A stretch of 64,000 nucleotides of DNA from Desulfovibrio sp. (GCA_031549405.1 JAVBPV010000033.1:28921-92920); one strand, 5' to 3'. Positions 37,992 to 49,475 are shown, counted from the first letter of the stretch. A program made the numbers and translations. Notes: generated from the sequence alone by a model not told the origin.

Positions 37992-38585
37992 TTATTGCAG
38001 CAGGTGCTCGAACAGCAGCGAGGCCTCGCGCAGGTAGCCTTGCGGATCGATGCCCGCGTGCAGGGTGCCGCGGAAGCAATAGCCCTGCAGCAACAGCAGC
38101 AGCATTTCCACGCGGATAAGGGTCTTGTCGTCGGTCCAGCCGGGCTGGTGCTTCCGGCACAGGTCCGCCAGTTCTTCGCGCATGCGCCGGTCAAAGTCTT
38201 CCATGGCGCGGGTGATGGTCTCGTTGCGGCCTATCTCGGCCATCAGGTCGCGGAACAGGGCGGAAAGGCGGGTATCGGCGTTTTCCGCGATTTCGGCGCG
38301 CAGCACGTCCTTCAGGCCCTCCACGAAGCGCTCCCGGCAGTCGCCCATGTCCCTGAATCGTTCCAGCACCCGCGACATCTCCCGCTCGCACATGCCCGCG
38401 ATGATTTCTTCCTTACTCTTGAAATAGTTGTAGATGTGCCCGACGCTCATGTCCGCTTCGCGGGAAATCCGCGCCATGCTGGTATTGTGGAAGCCGTGCC
38501 GCAAAAAACAGGTCTCCGCCGCGTCCAGAACCTGCCGCCGCCGCGCCGCCGCGCGCTCTTCGTCGTGATGTCGCCTGGTTTTCAC
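37992..38585 (-). CDS. TetR/AcrR family transcriptional regulator
   Basis: HTH GFHNTSMARISREADMSVGHIYNYFKSKEEI; AGGAGG upstream of the GTG at 38585. Confidence 0.92.
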   Translation of the reverse strand: MKTRRHHDEERAAARRRQVLDAAETCFLRHGFHNTSMARISREADMSVGHIYNYFKSKEEIIAGMCEREMSRVLERFRDMGDCRERFVEGLKDVLRAEIAENADTRLSALFRDLMAEIGRNETITRAMEDFDRRMREELADLCRKHQPGWTDDKTLIRVEMLLLLLQGYCFRGTLHAGIDPQGYLREASLLFEHLLQ

Positions 38586-38612
38586 ATTCTTATACCTCCT
38601 GTTGAATTCTTT

Positions 38613-38878
38613 GGGGGACAGAGTCCCCCAGGCCCCCTCCCAGGGCTCTGCCCTGGACCCGGCAGGGGATTGAATCCCCTGCACCCCTCAGTTCCGGCCC
38701 AAACCCCCCGGGGGCGGGTTGGGGCGCACAGCGGGGGTCGGGGGGGCGAAATTGAACCCGGCCCCCGGCTGGGCATGTCAGCCCCGGCCCCCCGCTGTCC
38801 CGGCCATCCCGCGCGGCGCGCGGAGGGCCCGGAACTGAGGGGTCCGGGGGGAATCATTTCCCCCGGCCGCCGGAGGCA
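38613..38878. repeat. Foldback element related to the REP-like family; overlaps the acrB stop codon
   Basis: Arms ACCCCTCAGTTCCGG (38683-38697)/38829-38843 and 38728-38737/38789-38798, with short G/C hairpins on both flanks. Confidence 0.75.
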
Positions 38879-41800
38879 TCTGCCTGAGCGCCTCCCGGCA
38901 TGTAGCGGCGTATTAGAGCATAAAACACGGGAACAAAAAAGATGCCGAGGAACGTGGTGCTGAGCATGCCGCCCAGAATGCCGATGCCGATGGCGTTCTG
39001 GCTGCCCGAGCCCGCGCCCCCGGCCAGCGCCAGGGGCAGCACGCCCAGGGCGAAGGCCAGGGAGGTCATGATGATGGGCCGCAGCCGCAGGGAACAGGCC
39101 CGCCGGGTGGCGTCGAAAAGGCTCATGCCCTGTTCCTGCAGCGTCTTGGCGAACTCCACGATCAATATGGCGTTTTTGGCCGAAAGGCCGATGATGGTCA
39201 GAAAGCCCACCTGGAAATACACGTCGTTGGCCTGGCCGAAGGCAAGGGCCGCCGCCTGCACGCCCACGATGCCCACAGGCACCACCAGCATGACCGAGAA
39301 GGGAATGGACCAGCTTTCATACAGGGCGGCCAGGCACAAAAAGACCACCAGCAGGGATACGGCGTACAGGGTTGGGGCCTGCTGGCCCGACTGGCGCTCC
39401 TGCAGCGAGATGCCCGTCCACTCCAGGCCGATGCCCCTGGGCAGCTTTTTCGCCATTTCCTCCACGGCGGCCATGGCCTCGCCCGTGCTTTTGCCGGGCG
39501 CGGGCTCGCCCAGGATTTCCACGGAGGGCAGGCCGTTGTACCGCTCCAGCCGGGGCGAGCCGGAAAACCAGGGATCGGAACGCAGGGTAAAGGCGGAAAA
39601 GGGCACCATCAGCCCGGAGGAGTTGCGCACAAACCACTTGTCCAGATCTTCCGGCAGCATGCGCGCGTTCGCCTCGGCCTGCAGGTAGACCTTCTTGACC
39701 CGGCCCTTGTCCACGAAGTCGTTGATGTAGACGCTGCCCCAGCCGGTTTGCAGGGTTTCGTTGATATCGGCCAGGGAAAGGCCGTGGGAGCGGGCCTTGG
39801 GCTTGTCCACGGTGATGCGGAACTGGGTGGTGTCTTCCTGTCCGTTGGGCCGGGCGTAGGCGAGGGCTTTGTTGTAAGGTTCGGAGAAAGCAAGGCCGAG
39901 AAAGACGTCGCGCGCCCGCATCAGGGCTTCGTGCCCCAGCCCGGCCCTGTCCTGCAACTGGATGTCGAAGCCGCTGGAGTTGCCCAGTTCCATGACCGCC
40001 GGGGGCACGATCACATACACGCCGGCATCGCGGATTTTGGAAAAGCGTTCCATGGCCCGGGCCGCCACGGCGGCGGCCTTGGCCGAAGGGGCGGAACGCA
40101 GAGCCCAGTCCTTCAGGCTTACGAAACCGACGGCCGAGTTCTGCCCCTGCCCGGCAAAGCTGAAGCCCGCCACGTCGAAAAAGGACTCCACCGTGGCTTT
40201 TTCCTCGTTCAGGAAATAGGCCTCTATTTCGCGCAGAACCTCGACGGTGCGGTTTTGCGCCGCCCCGGCGGGAAGCTGCACGTCCACCATAAGCACGCCC
40301 TGATCCTCCTCGGGCAGAAAGCCCGTGGGGATGATGAAGAAGAACGCGGCCATAAGGGCGATCATCAGCACATAAGCGGCCAGGGGCCGCGGGCCGCTGG
40401 AAAGCAGCCCGCCCACGGCGCGTTCGTATCCGGCCATGGAGCGGTGGAACATGCGGTTGAACCGGCCGAAGAACCCGCCCTGCGCGCCGTGGCTGCCGCC
40501 GGGCCGCTCGCGGTGCGGGCGCAGGATGCCCGCGCACAGGGCCGGGGTAAGGGTCAGGGCCACCAGCACCGAAAGGGTCATGGCCGAAACGATGGTGATG
40601 GAAAACTGCCGGTAGATGGCCCCGGTGGACCCGCCGAAAAAGGCCATGGGCACGAACACGGCGGAGAGCACCATGGCGATGCCCACCAGGGCGCCGGTGA
40701 TCTGGCCCATGGACTTGCGCGTGGCCTCCCTGGGCGAAAGCCCCTCGTCGCGCATGATGCGCTCGACGTTTTCCACCACCACGATGGCGTCGTCCACCAA
40801 AAGTCCGATGGCCAGCACCATGGCGAACATGGTCAGGGTGTTGATGGAATACCCGGCCAGCGCCAGCACGCCGAAGGTGCCCAGCAGCACCACGGGCACG
40901 GCGATGGTGGGGATGAGCGTGGCGCGGAAGTTTTGCAGAAACAGAAACATGACCAGCACCACCAGGACAATGGCCTCGGCCAGAGTCTTGCACACGTCCT
41001 TGATGGACAGGACGACAAAAGGAGTGGTGTCGTAGGGGTAGACCGCCTTGAGTCCCTGCGGGAAAAATTCCCTGAAGCGCTCGATGGTCTCCTTGACCGC
41101 CGCCGAGGTCTTGATGGCGTTGGCGCCGGTAGCCAGGTTGATGGCCACGCCGGCGGCCTCCTTGCCGTTGAAAAAGGCCACGGCGTCATAACTGGACTGG
41201 CCCAGTTCCACCCTGGCCACATCGCCCAGGCGCAGTTCCGACCCGTCGGGATTGACCCGCAAGAGGATGGCCCGGAACTCCTCGGGCGTGCGCAGGCGGT
41301 CCTGCACGCTGATGGAGGCATTGAGCTGCTGGCCGTCCACGGAGGGCAAACCGCCGAGCTGCCCGGCGGAAATCTGCACGTTCTGCTCGCGCAGGGCGGC
41401 GGCTACGTCGCCCACGGTCAGGGAGTACGAGTTGAGTCTGGCCGGGTCCACCCACACGCGCATGGCCTTGGGCGCGCCGAACAACTCCACCCGGCCCACG
41501 CCGGGCACGCGGGCCAGGCTTTCCTTGAGGTGGGCGTCCACGTAGTCGCAGATGTCCGAGTAGTTCATGGAGCCGTCCGCGGAATAAAAGCCGATGACCA
41601 TCAAAAAGCTGGCTGTGGCCTTGGTGACGGATATGCCCTGCTGCTGCACTTCCAGCGGAAGCTGGGTGGTGGCGAGCTGCAGCTTGTTCTGGGTCTGCAC
41701 CTGGGCGATGTCGTCGTCGGTTCCGGCGGCGAAGGTGAGCTTGATCTCCGCCCGGCCCGAGGCGTCGCTGGTGGAGGCCATGTAGAGCATGTTGTCGATG

Positions 41801-42012
41801 CCGGTCATGTTCTGTTCGACGATCTGCGTGACGGTGCTGTCCACCGTTGCGGCCGACGCGCCGGGGTACACGGCGTTGATGCTGATCTGCGGCAGCGCGA
41901 TGCTGGGGTACTGGGCCACGGGCAGCACGGAAATGGCCAGCAGCCCGCCCAGCATGATGATGATGGCGATAACCCAGGCGAAGATGGGGCGGTCGATGAA
42001 AAAAAGGGCCAT
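38854..42012 (-). CDS. acrB: AcrB/MexB-type RND efflux permease
   Basis: [43 protein letters not shown] and RLRPIIMTS. Confidence 0.93.
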   Translation of the reverse strand: MALFFIDRPIFAWVIAIIIMLGGLLAISVLPVAQYPSIALPQISINAVYPGASAATVDSTVTQIVEQNMTGIDNMLYMASTSDASGRAEIKLTFAAGTDDDIAQVQTQNKLQLATTQLPLEVQQQGISVTKATASFLMVIGFYSADGSMNYSDICDYVDAHLKESLARVPGVGRVELFGAPKAMRVWVDPARLNSYSLTVGDVAAALREQNVQISAGQLGGLPSVDGQQLNASISVQDRLRTPEEFRAILLRVNPDGSELRLGDVARVELGQSSYDAVAFFNGKEAAGVAINLATGANAIKTSAAVKETIERFREFFPQGLKAVYPYDTTPFVVLSIKDVCKTLAEAIVLVVLVMFLFLQNFRATLIPTIAVPVVLLGTFGVLALAGYSINTLTMFAMVLAIGLLVDDAIVVVENVERIMRDEGLSPREATRKSMGQITGALVGIAMVLSAVFVPMAFFGGSTGAIYRQFSITIVSAMTLSVLVALTLTPALCAGILRPHRERPGGSHGAQGGFFGRFNRMFHRSMAGYERAVGGLLSSGPRPLAAYVLMIALMAAFFFIIPTGFLPEEDQGVLMVDVQLPAGAAQNRTVEVLREIEAYFLNEEKATVESFFDVAGFSFAGQGQNSAVGFVSLKDWALRSAPSAKAAAVAARAMERFSKIRDAGVYVIVPPAVMELGNSSGFDIQLQDRAGLGHEALMRARDVFLGLAFSEPYNKALAYARPNGQEDTTQFRITVDKPKARSHGLSLADINETLQTGWGSVYINDFVDKGRVKKVYLQAEANARMLPEDLDKWFVRNSSGLMVPFSAFTLRSDPWFSGSPRLERYNGLPSVEILGEPAPGKSTGEAMAAVEEMAKKLPRGIGLEWTGISLQERQSGQQAPTLYAVSLLVVFLCLAALYESWSIPFSVMLVVPVGIVGVQAAALAFGQANDVYFQVGFLTIIGLSAKNAILIVEFAKTLQEQGMSLFDATRRACSLRLRPIIMTSLAFALGVLPLALAGGAGSGSQNAIGIGILGGMLSTTFLGIFFVPVFYALIRRYMPGGAQADASGGRGK

Positions 42013-42014
42013 AA

Positions 42015-43310
42015 TCAGCGTTTCCCGGACTTTGCGGCATTTCCGGCGGCATTTCCGCCGCCCGGCGCTTGCGGAGAAAGGTCCACGGGCGTGACCACCG
42101 GCGCGGGGCCGCCCTCGGTGAAGCGGATGTTCTGGATGCCGTCCACCGCCACCTTTTCGCCGGGCGCGACGCCTTCCTGCACCAGCCAGTCCTCGCCCAG
42201 GGTTCCCAGGGTGGTGATGTAGCGGCGTTCCACCGTGCCGTTGGCGGCCACAACCCGGGTGAAGGCGCGGCCCTTGGCGTCGCGCGACACGGCGCGCTGG
42301 GGCAGGGTGATGCCCCGGGGCAGGCGGGCCGTTTGCAGGCGCGCGCGCACATAGACGTTGGGCAGCAGTTCACAATCCGGGTTGTCGAACTTGATGCGCA
42401 GGGTGATGGAGCCGGTGTCCCGGTTGACGGTGATGTCTGAAAACTGCACCGTGCCCTTGCGGGAGTATACGGCGCCGTCCTCCATGATCAGCTCCGCCGT
42501 GGCGCGCCCCTCGCCCGCGTTCTCGAACAGGCCGCGCTCCATCTCGCGCTTCAGGCGCATGTATTCGGCGCTGGACTGGGTGACGTCCACGTACATGGGG
42601 TGCAACTGCTGCACGGTGGCCAGTGGCTCCGGCTGGTTGGCCGTGACCAGGGCGCCCCGGGTGACGCTGGATTTGCCGATGCGGCCGCTGATGGGCGACA
42701 GCACGGCGGTGCGCTCAAGCTGTATGTTGGCGTAGTCCAGTTCGGCCGCGGCGATGGAGACCTCGGCCAGGGCCTGTTTGTGGGCGGCCAGGGCGTCGTC
42801 GTAATCCTGCTCGCCTATGGCCTGGCTGCCGCGCATACGGCGGTAGCGCTCCTCGCGCACCTTGGCGGCCGCGGCGTTGGCGCGGGCCTTTTCCAGGGCG
42901 GCGGCGGCGCTGTTCACCCTGGCCCGGTACAGGGCCGGGTCGATGCGGTACAGGGACATGCCCCGGGACACGTCGGCCCCTTCCTCGAACAGGCGCTCCT
43001 GGATGATACCGTCCACCTGGGGGCGCACCTCGGCGATCAGCAAGGGCGCGGTACGGCCCGAAAGCTCGGTGACCAGCGTGAGCGGCCGGGCGGTGACGGT
43101 GATGACCCCGGCCTCCGGCGGGGGCGGGGCGGCGTTAATCCCTGTGGAGTTATCGCCGCATGCGGCCAGTATGAGCAGCAGCGGCGGCAGGGCCGCCCGC
43201 GCGAAGGCGGAGCGCGCGCGGGCCGGAAAGACGCGCACGGGGGAAGCGCCCGCCGGAGCGGTATGGGATGAGCGCCGCATGAGCGCCGTGAATATGCCGT
43301 CAGCCGTCAT
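42015..43310 (-). CDS. acrA: AcrA-type RND periplasmic adaptor
   Basis: LAAC lipobox, [11 protein letters not shown] and SPISGRIG; adjacent to acrB; start uncertain (AAGGAG before the ATG at 43310). Confidence 0.9.
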   Translation of the reverse strand: MTADGIFTALMRRSSHTAPAGASPVRVFPARARSAFARAALPPLLLILAACGDNSTGINAAPPPPEAGVITVTARPLTLVTELSGRTAPLLIAEVRPQVDGIIQERLFEEGADVSRGMSLYRIDPALYRARVNSAAAALEKARANAAAAKVREERYRRMRGSQAIGEQDYDDALAAHKQALAEVSIAAAELDYANIQLERTAVLSPISGRIGKSSVTRGALVTANQPEPLATVQQLHPMYVDVTQSSAEYMRLKREMERGLFENAGEGRATAELIMEDGAVYSRKGTVQFSDITVNRDTGSITLRIKFDNPDCELLPNVYVRARLQTARLPRGITLPQRAVSRDAKGRAFTRVVAANGTVERRYITTLGTLGEDWLVQEGVAPGEKVAVDGIQNIRFTEGGPAPVVTPVDLSPQAPGGGNAAGNAAKSGKR

Positions 43311-43547
43311 GAAAAGCTCCTTCCTTTCGCTGTGACTCATGGTGCGGATAAAACGACGCCGCGCAGGCGCAGGCGGCATCCATTGCCGCCGGTAAGCGCC
43401 GGAGCGGGCGTGCCTTTACAAATCCCGGCCTTGCGGGGTTTGTCATCAATCTGGCGGCGCGCGAAGCGCGCCGTGCGGCAGGCGGTGGAGTGGGGGCGCG
43501 GGCCCGGCGTGGATATGCGCGGGCGCATATTTGCGAAGGAAAACACG

Positions 43548-43573
43548 TAGAATGAGCGTTCACTCTATGTCAA
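43548..43573 (-). promoter_or_regulatory. Candidate TetR operator next to a TTGACA -35 element of the acrAB promoter
   Basis: Imperfect 20-bp palindrome TAGAATGAGCGTTCACTCTA immediately 3' (minus strand) of TTGACA at 43568-43573. Confidence 0.6.
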
Positions 43574-43749
43574 GGAAAAAAGCGCGGCCCGCGGCGGGGT
43601 ACGAAGCTTTCGCAGACCCGCCGAGGAAGGGCGGGAGGCATTTATTGCCGCCGATACGCGCCGGAGCGGCAGGCCCGCCTTTCCGGGTTGGCCGTCGGAC
43701 GAGGCGCTCCGCCGCGGGAATTTCTGCGGCGGAGCGGCTTTTGCGTACC

Positions 43750-43778
43750 TTGTCAAGAGGGGATTAGCGGCTTATACT
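43750..43778 (+). promoter_or_regulatory. Sigma-70-type promoter for the FAD/Fe-S oxidoreductase operon
   Basis: TTGTCA-N17-TATACT, 32 nt before the ATG at 43811. Confidence 0.65.
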
Positions 43779-43810
43779 AAAAAATTCCGCACACCAACAG
43801 GAACCCCTGC

Positions 43811-46800
43811 ATGCATTCCAAAGGTCCGCATATATCCATAGAGTCCCCTTCGCTGGTTCCGCGCATCCTGCGCATCAGCGAACAGGAGTTCGACCAGTGG
43901 CCCGAGGCCGTCCGCCGCCTGACCATGGACATTGCCGAGGAACTTTTTCTGGTCCGCTACAACCCCTTTGTCTCCGCCGAAACGGTGAAGAAAAGCGTGC
44001 AGGAACGCTTCGAGCAGTCCCGCCGGGGTCTGGCCCACCATTACGCCACCTCCATCGGCGAAGGCATCACCATGTTCTGGAGCGCCCACGAGGGCGACAT
44101 GGCCTTTCGCAGGGAACTGATCGGCCGGCTTTCCGCCGTATTGCCCGCGCATTGCATCGACTCCAGCAGCCATTCCCTGGTGGAGAACTCCACCGACGCC
44201 ACGGACCTGCGCCTGGAGCTGCCCCTGCTGGTGGTCACGCCGGAAAACGCCGAGCAGGTCAGCGCCGTGGTGCGCCTGGCCAACGAGATGCAGTTCGCCC
44301 TGGTGCCGCGCGGCGGCGGCTCGGGGCTGACCGGCGGCTCCATCCCCGCGCGCAAGCGTTCGGTGGTGCTGGCCCTGACCCGTCTGACCCGCATCGGCCC
44401 CATCGACAGGGAAAACATGAGCATCACCCTGCAGGCCGGGGTGATCACCATCAACGGCATCAAGGCGGCGGAGGCGGAAGACTTGCTGTTCAGCGTGGAC
44501 CCGGCCTCCAAAACGGCCTCCAGCATCGGCGGCAACATCGCGGAAAACGCGGGCGGGCCGTTTTGCTTCGAGTACGGCACCACCATCGACAACCTGCTGT
44601 CCTACCGCATGGTCACGCCCACCGGCGAGATCATCGAAATTTTGCGCCGCGACCATCCCCGCCACAAAATCCTGCCGGAGGACGAAGCCGTCTTTGAGGT
44701 GCGCGACCTGTCCGGCGGCCTGCGGTCGCTGGTGCGCCTGACAGGCACCGACCTGCGCAAGCCCGGCCTTGGCAAGGACGTGACCAACAAGGCCCTGGCC
44801 GGTCTGCCCGGCCTGCAAAAAGAAGGCACCGACGGCGTGATCGTCGACGCCACCTTTATCCTGCACCGCCGCCTGGCCCATCACCGGGTCATGGTGCTGG
44901 AGTTTTTCGGCCGCTCCATGGAAAACTCCATGCTGGTGATCAACGACGTGGTGGCCCTGCGCAACGACATCCGCCGCCGGGGCGACCTGGTGAAGATTAC
45001 GGCTTTGGAGGAGTTCGGCTCCAAGTACGTGCAGGCCATCAATTACCAGAAAAAATCCTCGGCCTACGAAGGCGATCCCATCTCGGTGCTTATCCTGCAA
45101 CTGGAAAGCGACGACGAACGGGCCCTGGACGAGTCGGTGCGGCAGATACTGCAAATTTGCGATTCGTACGACGGTGTGGACGGCATCACCGCCAAAGACG
45201 CCAAAGAGGGCGAGGTCTTCTGGGAGGACCGGCACCGCCTGTCGGCCATAGCCAGGCGCACCTCGGGCTTCAAACTTAACGAGGACGTGGTCATCCCCAT
45301 GCGGGCCATACCCGACTACGCCCTGTACCTGGAAGCCCTGAACCTGGAGTACATGGGCCGGGCCTACCGCACCGCCCTGCGCGAGGCGGCCGTCTTGCCC
45401 GGCGTGCCGGAAGAGGACAGCCGCGTGGCCGACGAAACGGCCTACGCCTCGCGCATCATCAAGGGCGAGATACCTTCCAGCGATTTGTCGGACCAGGAAC
45501 TGCGCATGCATGCGCAGCTTTTTTTCCGCGCCTTTGCCGAAACCTATCCCGAACTGGCCCCCCGCCTTGAGGCCATCAACGCCGACATGGACGCCACGGC
45601 CATTTGCGTGGCCAGCCACATGCACGCGGGCGACGGCAACTGGCACGTGAACATTCCGGTGAACTCCAACGACCCGGTAATGCTGAAAAACGCGGAAAAG
45701 GTCGCCGGCCTGGTCATGGCCAAGGCCCAGGAACTGGGCGGCGAGGTCACGGGCGAGCACGGCATCGGCATCACCAAGATCGGCTACCTGACCGAGGAAA
45801 AAATGCAGGCTTTTCGCGAGTTCAAGCAGCTTGTGGACCCGCGCAACATTTTTAACCCGGCCAAGCTCACCCAGCGCGATCTGCCCGTTTCTCCCTTCAC
45901 CTTTTCCTTTAACCGCCTGATTCAGGACATCCGGCAAAGCGGTCTGGCGGACAAGGAGCGGCTTATTTCGCTGCTGACCAACATCCAGGTCTGCACGCGC
46001 TGCGGCAAATGCAAGCAGCATTGCCCCATGCATTTGCCCGAGGCTTCGCTTTTGTACCATCCTCGCAACAAGAACCTGGCTCTTGGCGCGCTTATCGAGG
46101 CCATCTACTATTCGCAGGTGAACAACGGCAGACCCGATCCCTTTCTGCTGGCAGAGCTGCGCAACCTGGTGGAGCACTGCACGGGCTGCGGCAAGTGCAT
46201 GGCCGTGTGCCCGGTGAAAATCGCCTCGGCCGACGTGGCCCTTACCCTGCGCGGTTTTCTGGAGGAAGAAGGCGCGGGCGGGCATCCCCTGAAGTCCCGC
46301 GTGCTGCGCCATATCGCGGAGGATCCCGCCAGTCGCGTCCCCCGCGTGGCCAAGCTGGCCTCCATCGGGCAGGGCGTGCAGAACCGCATTCTCAGGGCCG
46401 TGCCCGCAAGCTGGCGCGGGCGCTTCGTCAACCCGCTGTTCTCCGGCCCCGGCCCGCGCCCCGGCTACCGCAACCTGGGGGAAACCCTGCACCTTGACCG
46501 CGGCTCCATTTTCGTTCCCGCGTCCCCCGTCCCGGTACGCGGCACGGTGCTGTACTTTCCCGGCTGCGGCGGCGGGGTGTTCTACCGCAACATCGGCCTG
46601 GCCGGGCTGGCCCTTACCCTTGCCGCCGGGTACGCCGTGGTTCTGCCCGAAAAGCACCTGTGCTGCGGCTATCCCCTGCTGGCCGCCGGGGAGCACGACG
46701 CCTTCGCCGTGAACCAGGACCGCAACATCACCCACCTGCGGCAACTGGCGGGCAAGGCCGCCGAACTGGGCTTCGCCGTGACCCGCGTGCTGACCTCCTG

Positions 46801-47440
46801 CGGCTCGTGCCGCGACGGCATGGAGCGCCACTTTATCCCCGAGGTTTTTCCCAAGACGCAGGGCAAGGGCGTGGCCCTTACCGACGTGGCGCATTTTCTG
46901 TTGGAGCAACTGGGGCCGGATTACGGCAAAGGATCCGACAAGGGCCCGCGCGCCGTGCTGTACCACGCCCCCTGCCATGCCGAACTGCCCGGCGTGCACA
47001 AAGCCAGGGCGGCGGGCCTCTACGCGGCGGAGATAGCCGCCCGCCTGGGCGCGCCCGTGCGCGTCAGCCCCGGCTGCTGCGGCGAATCGGGCATGGGCGC
47101 CATGACCTCCCCGGCCATCTACAACAAACTGCGCGAAAAAAAGGCCGGGCAACTGGCCCGCGATCTGGCCGGCATGCCCGCCGACGCGCCGGTCATCGTA
47201 AGCTGTCCTTCGTGCAAGATGGGATTGACCCGCATCCTTATGCGCCAGGACAAAAACCGCCGCGTGCTGCACCTTTTGGAATATCTGGCCGCCGATCTGG
47301 CCGGGGACCGCTGGGCCCGCAAGCTGGGCAAGCTGCTGGGCGGCGGCGCGGCGCAAAACGGCGTCCGCCGCGTCAATATGGGCGACCTTGCTTCCGTGCA
47401 GCTGACAGAGGCCGAGGGGCGGGAAGAAGAACATGAGTAG
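43811..47440 (+). CDS. FAD-binding and Fe-S/CCG-domain oxidoreductase (GlcD+GlcF-like fusion)
   Basis: PRGGGSGLTGG, HAGDGNWH and GEHGIG; two CxxCxxCxxxCP motifs; CCG motifs. Confidence 0.9.
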   Translation: MHSKGPHISIESPSLVPRILRISEQEFDQWPEAVRRLTMDIAEELFLVRYNPFVSAETVKKSVQERFEQSRRGLAHHYATSIGEGITMFWSAHEGDMAFRRELIGRLSAVLPAHCIDSSSHSLVENSTDATDLRLELPLLVVTPENAEQVSAVVRLANEMQFALVPRGGGSGLTGGSIPARKRSVVLALTRLTRIGPIDRENMSITLQAGVITINGIKAAEAEDLLFSVDPASKTASSIGGNIAENAGGPFCFEYGTTIDNLLSYRMVTPTGEIIEILRRDHPRHKILPEDEAVFEVRDLSGGLRSLVRLTGTDLRKPGLGKDVTNKALAGLPGLQKEGTDGVIVDATFILHRRLAHHRVMVLEFFGRSMENSMLVINDVVALRNDIRRRGDLVKITALEEFGSKYVQAINYQKKSSAYEGDPISVLILQLESDDERALDESVRQILQICDSYDGVDGITAKDAKEGEVFWEDRHRLSAIARRTSGFKLNEDVVIPMRAIPDYALYLEALNLEYMGRAYRTALREAAVLPGVPEEDSRVADETAYASRIIKGEIPSSDLSDQELRMHAQLFFRAFAETYPELAPRLEAINADMDATAICVASHMHAGDGNWHVNIPVNSNDPVMLKNAEKVAGLVMAKAQELGGEVTGEHGIGITKIGYLTEEKMQAFREFKQLVDPRNIFNPAKLTQRDLPVSPFTFSFNRLIQDIRQSGLADKERLISLLTNIQVCTRCGKCKQHCPMHLPEASLLYHPRNKNLALGALIEAIYYSQVNNGRPDPFLLAELRNLVEHCTGCGKCMAVCPVKIASADVALTLRGFLEEEGAGGHPLKSRVLRHIAEDPASRVPRVAKLASIGQGVQNRILRAVPASWRGRFVNPLFSGPGPRPGYRNLGETLHLDRGSIFVPASPVPVRGTVLYFPGCGGGVFYRNIGLAGLALTLAAGYAVVLPEKHLCCGYPLLAAGEHDAFAVNQDRNITHLRQLAGKAAELGFAVTRVLTSCGSCRDGMERHFIPEVFPKTQGKGVALTDVAHFLLEQLGPDYGKGSDKGPRAVLYHAPCHAELPGVHKARAAGLYAAEIAARLGAPVRVSPGCCGESGMGAMTSPAIYNKLREKKAGQLARDLAGMPADAPVIVSCPSCKMGLTRILMRQDKNRRVLHLLEYLAADLAGDRWARKLGKLLGGGAAQNGVRRVNMGDLASVQLTEAEGREEEHE

Positions 47441-47449
47441 GGTCTTTTT

Positions 47450-47887
47450 TTGAAATACCTGGCCATCGACTACGGGCAGAAGCGCACGGGCCTCGCGGTT
47501 TCGGACGCGGGCGGGCGCATGGCCTTTCCGCGCGCGGCTCTTGCCATGCGCGGCAAGGACGTTTTTTTTGCGGAGCTTCTGGCCCTTGCGCGGGAAGAAG
47601 AGGCACGGGCCTTTGTGGTGGGCCTGCCCGTGCGCGGCGACGGCACGGACAGCGAGACCACGCGCCAGGCGCGCAACATGGCGGCCCGGCTCAAACGCCG
47701 CACGGACCTGCCCATTTATCTCATGGAAGAAACCTTAAGCTCTTTTGACGCCGAAGAACGCTTGCGCGCGGCCGGGAAAAACGGCAATAGCATATTGAGG
47801 AGTCTGGACGGGGCGGCGGCCGCGGCCATTCTGGAGTCTTTTCTGAACCTGCCCGAGGATCGCCGGCAGGGATTGCGCCTGGCCTGA
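47450..47887 (+). CDS. ruvX: YqgF/RuvX family nuclease
   Basis: LAIDYGQKRTGLAVSD, VGLP, EETLSS and D..AAAAIL. Confidence 0.9.
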   Translation: MKYLAIDYGQKRTGLAVSDAGGRMAFPRAALAMRGKDVFFAELLALAREEEARAFVVGLPVRGDGTDSETTRQARNMAARLKRRTDLPIYLMEETLSSFDAEERLRAAGKNGNSILRSLDGAAAAAILESFLNLPEDRRQGLRLA

Positions 47888-48048
47888 GGCGGCGGCCTTT
47901 TTCCGCGTCCGCCGCCGGTAAGGGAGAAAGGCCGCTTTGCGGCGGGCGGAGTAATGAGGGCTGAGCCTAAAGCTTCTGGCGGCCCCGCGGACCGGGCCTG
48001 CGCTTCATCACACAAATCCCGCGGCGCGCCTGCGGGCGGAGCACAGCC

Positions 48049-49461
48049 ATGAGCACGGAACCTCAGGAAGATTTTTTCCCGGCGCCCCGGCGCGGCTGGT
48101 TTTTCCGCATTGTTCTTTTGCTGTGCTGGCTGGCGCTTGCGGGCGCAAGCTGGCTGGCCTGGGACGCGCACCGCTTTTTGACCACGCCCGGCTCTGACGA
48201 GGCGAAAGATATCGTCATCGCCATTGAACCCGGAGCGACCTTTGACCGGGTGGCCTGGGACCTGAAAAAGGCCGGGGCCATCCGCGACGTGGCGCGCTTT
48301 CGCCTGCTGGCGCGCTGGAAGAAGCTGCTGGGCAGCGTCAAGGCCGGGGAATACGCCGTGAACACCGGCTGGAAGCCCGAAGAGGTCCTGAACCAGATCA
48401 CGCGCGGCCAGGCGATCCTGTACCGGCTGAAAATCCGCGAGGGCCTGACCTGGTGGGAAACGGCCAGGGCCGTTGAAGAGCAGGGCTTTGCCAGATACGA
48501 CGACTTCAAGGCCGTGATCCACGATCCGGAATTTTTGCGCGCCCACGACATCCCCTTTGACAGCGCCGAGGGCTTTTTGTACCCGGAAACCTACCTGATG
48601 CCGAAACCCGGCCCCCTGGACAGAAAACAGGCCGCCTTCGTGGCCGACATGATGGTGAGGATGTTCTGGAAAAAGACCGAGCCCCTGTGGACCCAACTGC
48701 CTTTGAAGCAGGGGGCGCGGACCCGCCCCAACCCGGCCCTGGCCGGAAACGGCACTGCGGCGCCCGGAGGCAACGGGACGTTTTCCGACGCCAACGGCGC
48801 GGCGGTGCGGCGGGCCGCCGGGGCTTCCGTCCCGCCGGAAGGCGGCGGCAACAGCGCTGCTTCTTTGGACAAGGGGGCGGATACAGGGAAGATTCCGTCC
48901 GCGGGGCGGGTGGATCGGAGCGCCCCGGTCCCTGCCGACGGCACAGGCCGGGCGGTGGGCGGGGACGCGGTTGCCGCTCCCGGCCTTGTCTCCAGCGCCT
49001 CGCCCCTTCCCCGCCTGCCGGAAAGCCCGGAGGACGTGGAGCAGGACGCGCTGAGGCGCCTGGTGATCCTGGCCTCGCTGGTGGAAAAGGAAACCGGCGT
49101 GCCGTCCGAGCGGACCCGGGTGGCCGGGGTGTACGCCAACCGCCTGGAACGGGGCATGCTGCTGCAGTGCGATCCAACCATCATTTACGGCGTGGGCGAA
49201 AGCTTCAGCGGATCCATCCGCCGCTCGCAAATCGACGATGCCAAAAACCTGTATAACACCTACCAGCATCCGGGCCTGCCCCCCGGCCCCATTTGTTCCT
49301 CCGGCCTTGAGGCCATAGCGGCCGCCTTTGCTCCGGAAAAGCACGACTACCTCTACTTTGTCGCCACCGCCGACGGCGACGGCGGCCATACCTTCAGTAA
49401 AACCCTCAGCGAACATAACAAGGCCGTGCAGGAGTATCGTTCCCGCGTTAAAGGCAAGTGA
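48049..49461 (+). CDS. mltG: Endolytic transglycosylase MltG with an Ala/Gly/Pro insertion
   Basis: N-terminal TM helix; EGFLYPETY, LASLVEKET, LQCDPT and YNTY..PGLPPGPI. Confidence 0.92.
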   Translation: MSTEPQEDFFPAPRRGWFFRIVLLLCWLALAGASWLAWDAHRFLTTPGSDEAKDIVIAIEPGATFDRVAWDLKKAGAIRDVARFRLLARWKKLLGSVKAGEYAVNTGWKPEEVLNQITRGQAILYRLKIREGLTWWETARAVEEQGFARYDDFKAVIHDPEFLRAHDIPFDSAEGFLYPETYLMPKPGPLDRKQAAFVADMMVRMFWKKTEPLWTQLPLKQGARTRPNPALAGNGTAAPGGNGTFSDANGAAVRRAAGASVPPEGGGNSAASLDKGADTGKIPSAGRVDRSAPVPADGTGRAVGGDAVAAPGLVSSASPLPRLPESPEDVEQDALRRLVILASLVEKETGVPSERTRVAGVYANRLERGMLLQCDPTIIYGVGESFSGSIRRSQIDDAKNLYNTYQHPGLPPGPICSSGLEAIAAAFAPEKHDYLYFVATADGDGGHTFSKTLSEHNKAVQEYRSRVKGK

Positions 49462-49475
49462 GGGGTTGCCCATAT

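Noticed and set aside
43772-47434. Very long antisense or alternative-frame ORFs (also 1034-3415, 7243-9897, 33913-36408, 39748-42222, 52649-55063)
   Set aside because: Shadows of real GC-rich genes on the opposite strand; no motifs and biased composition.
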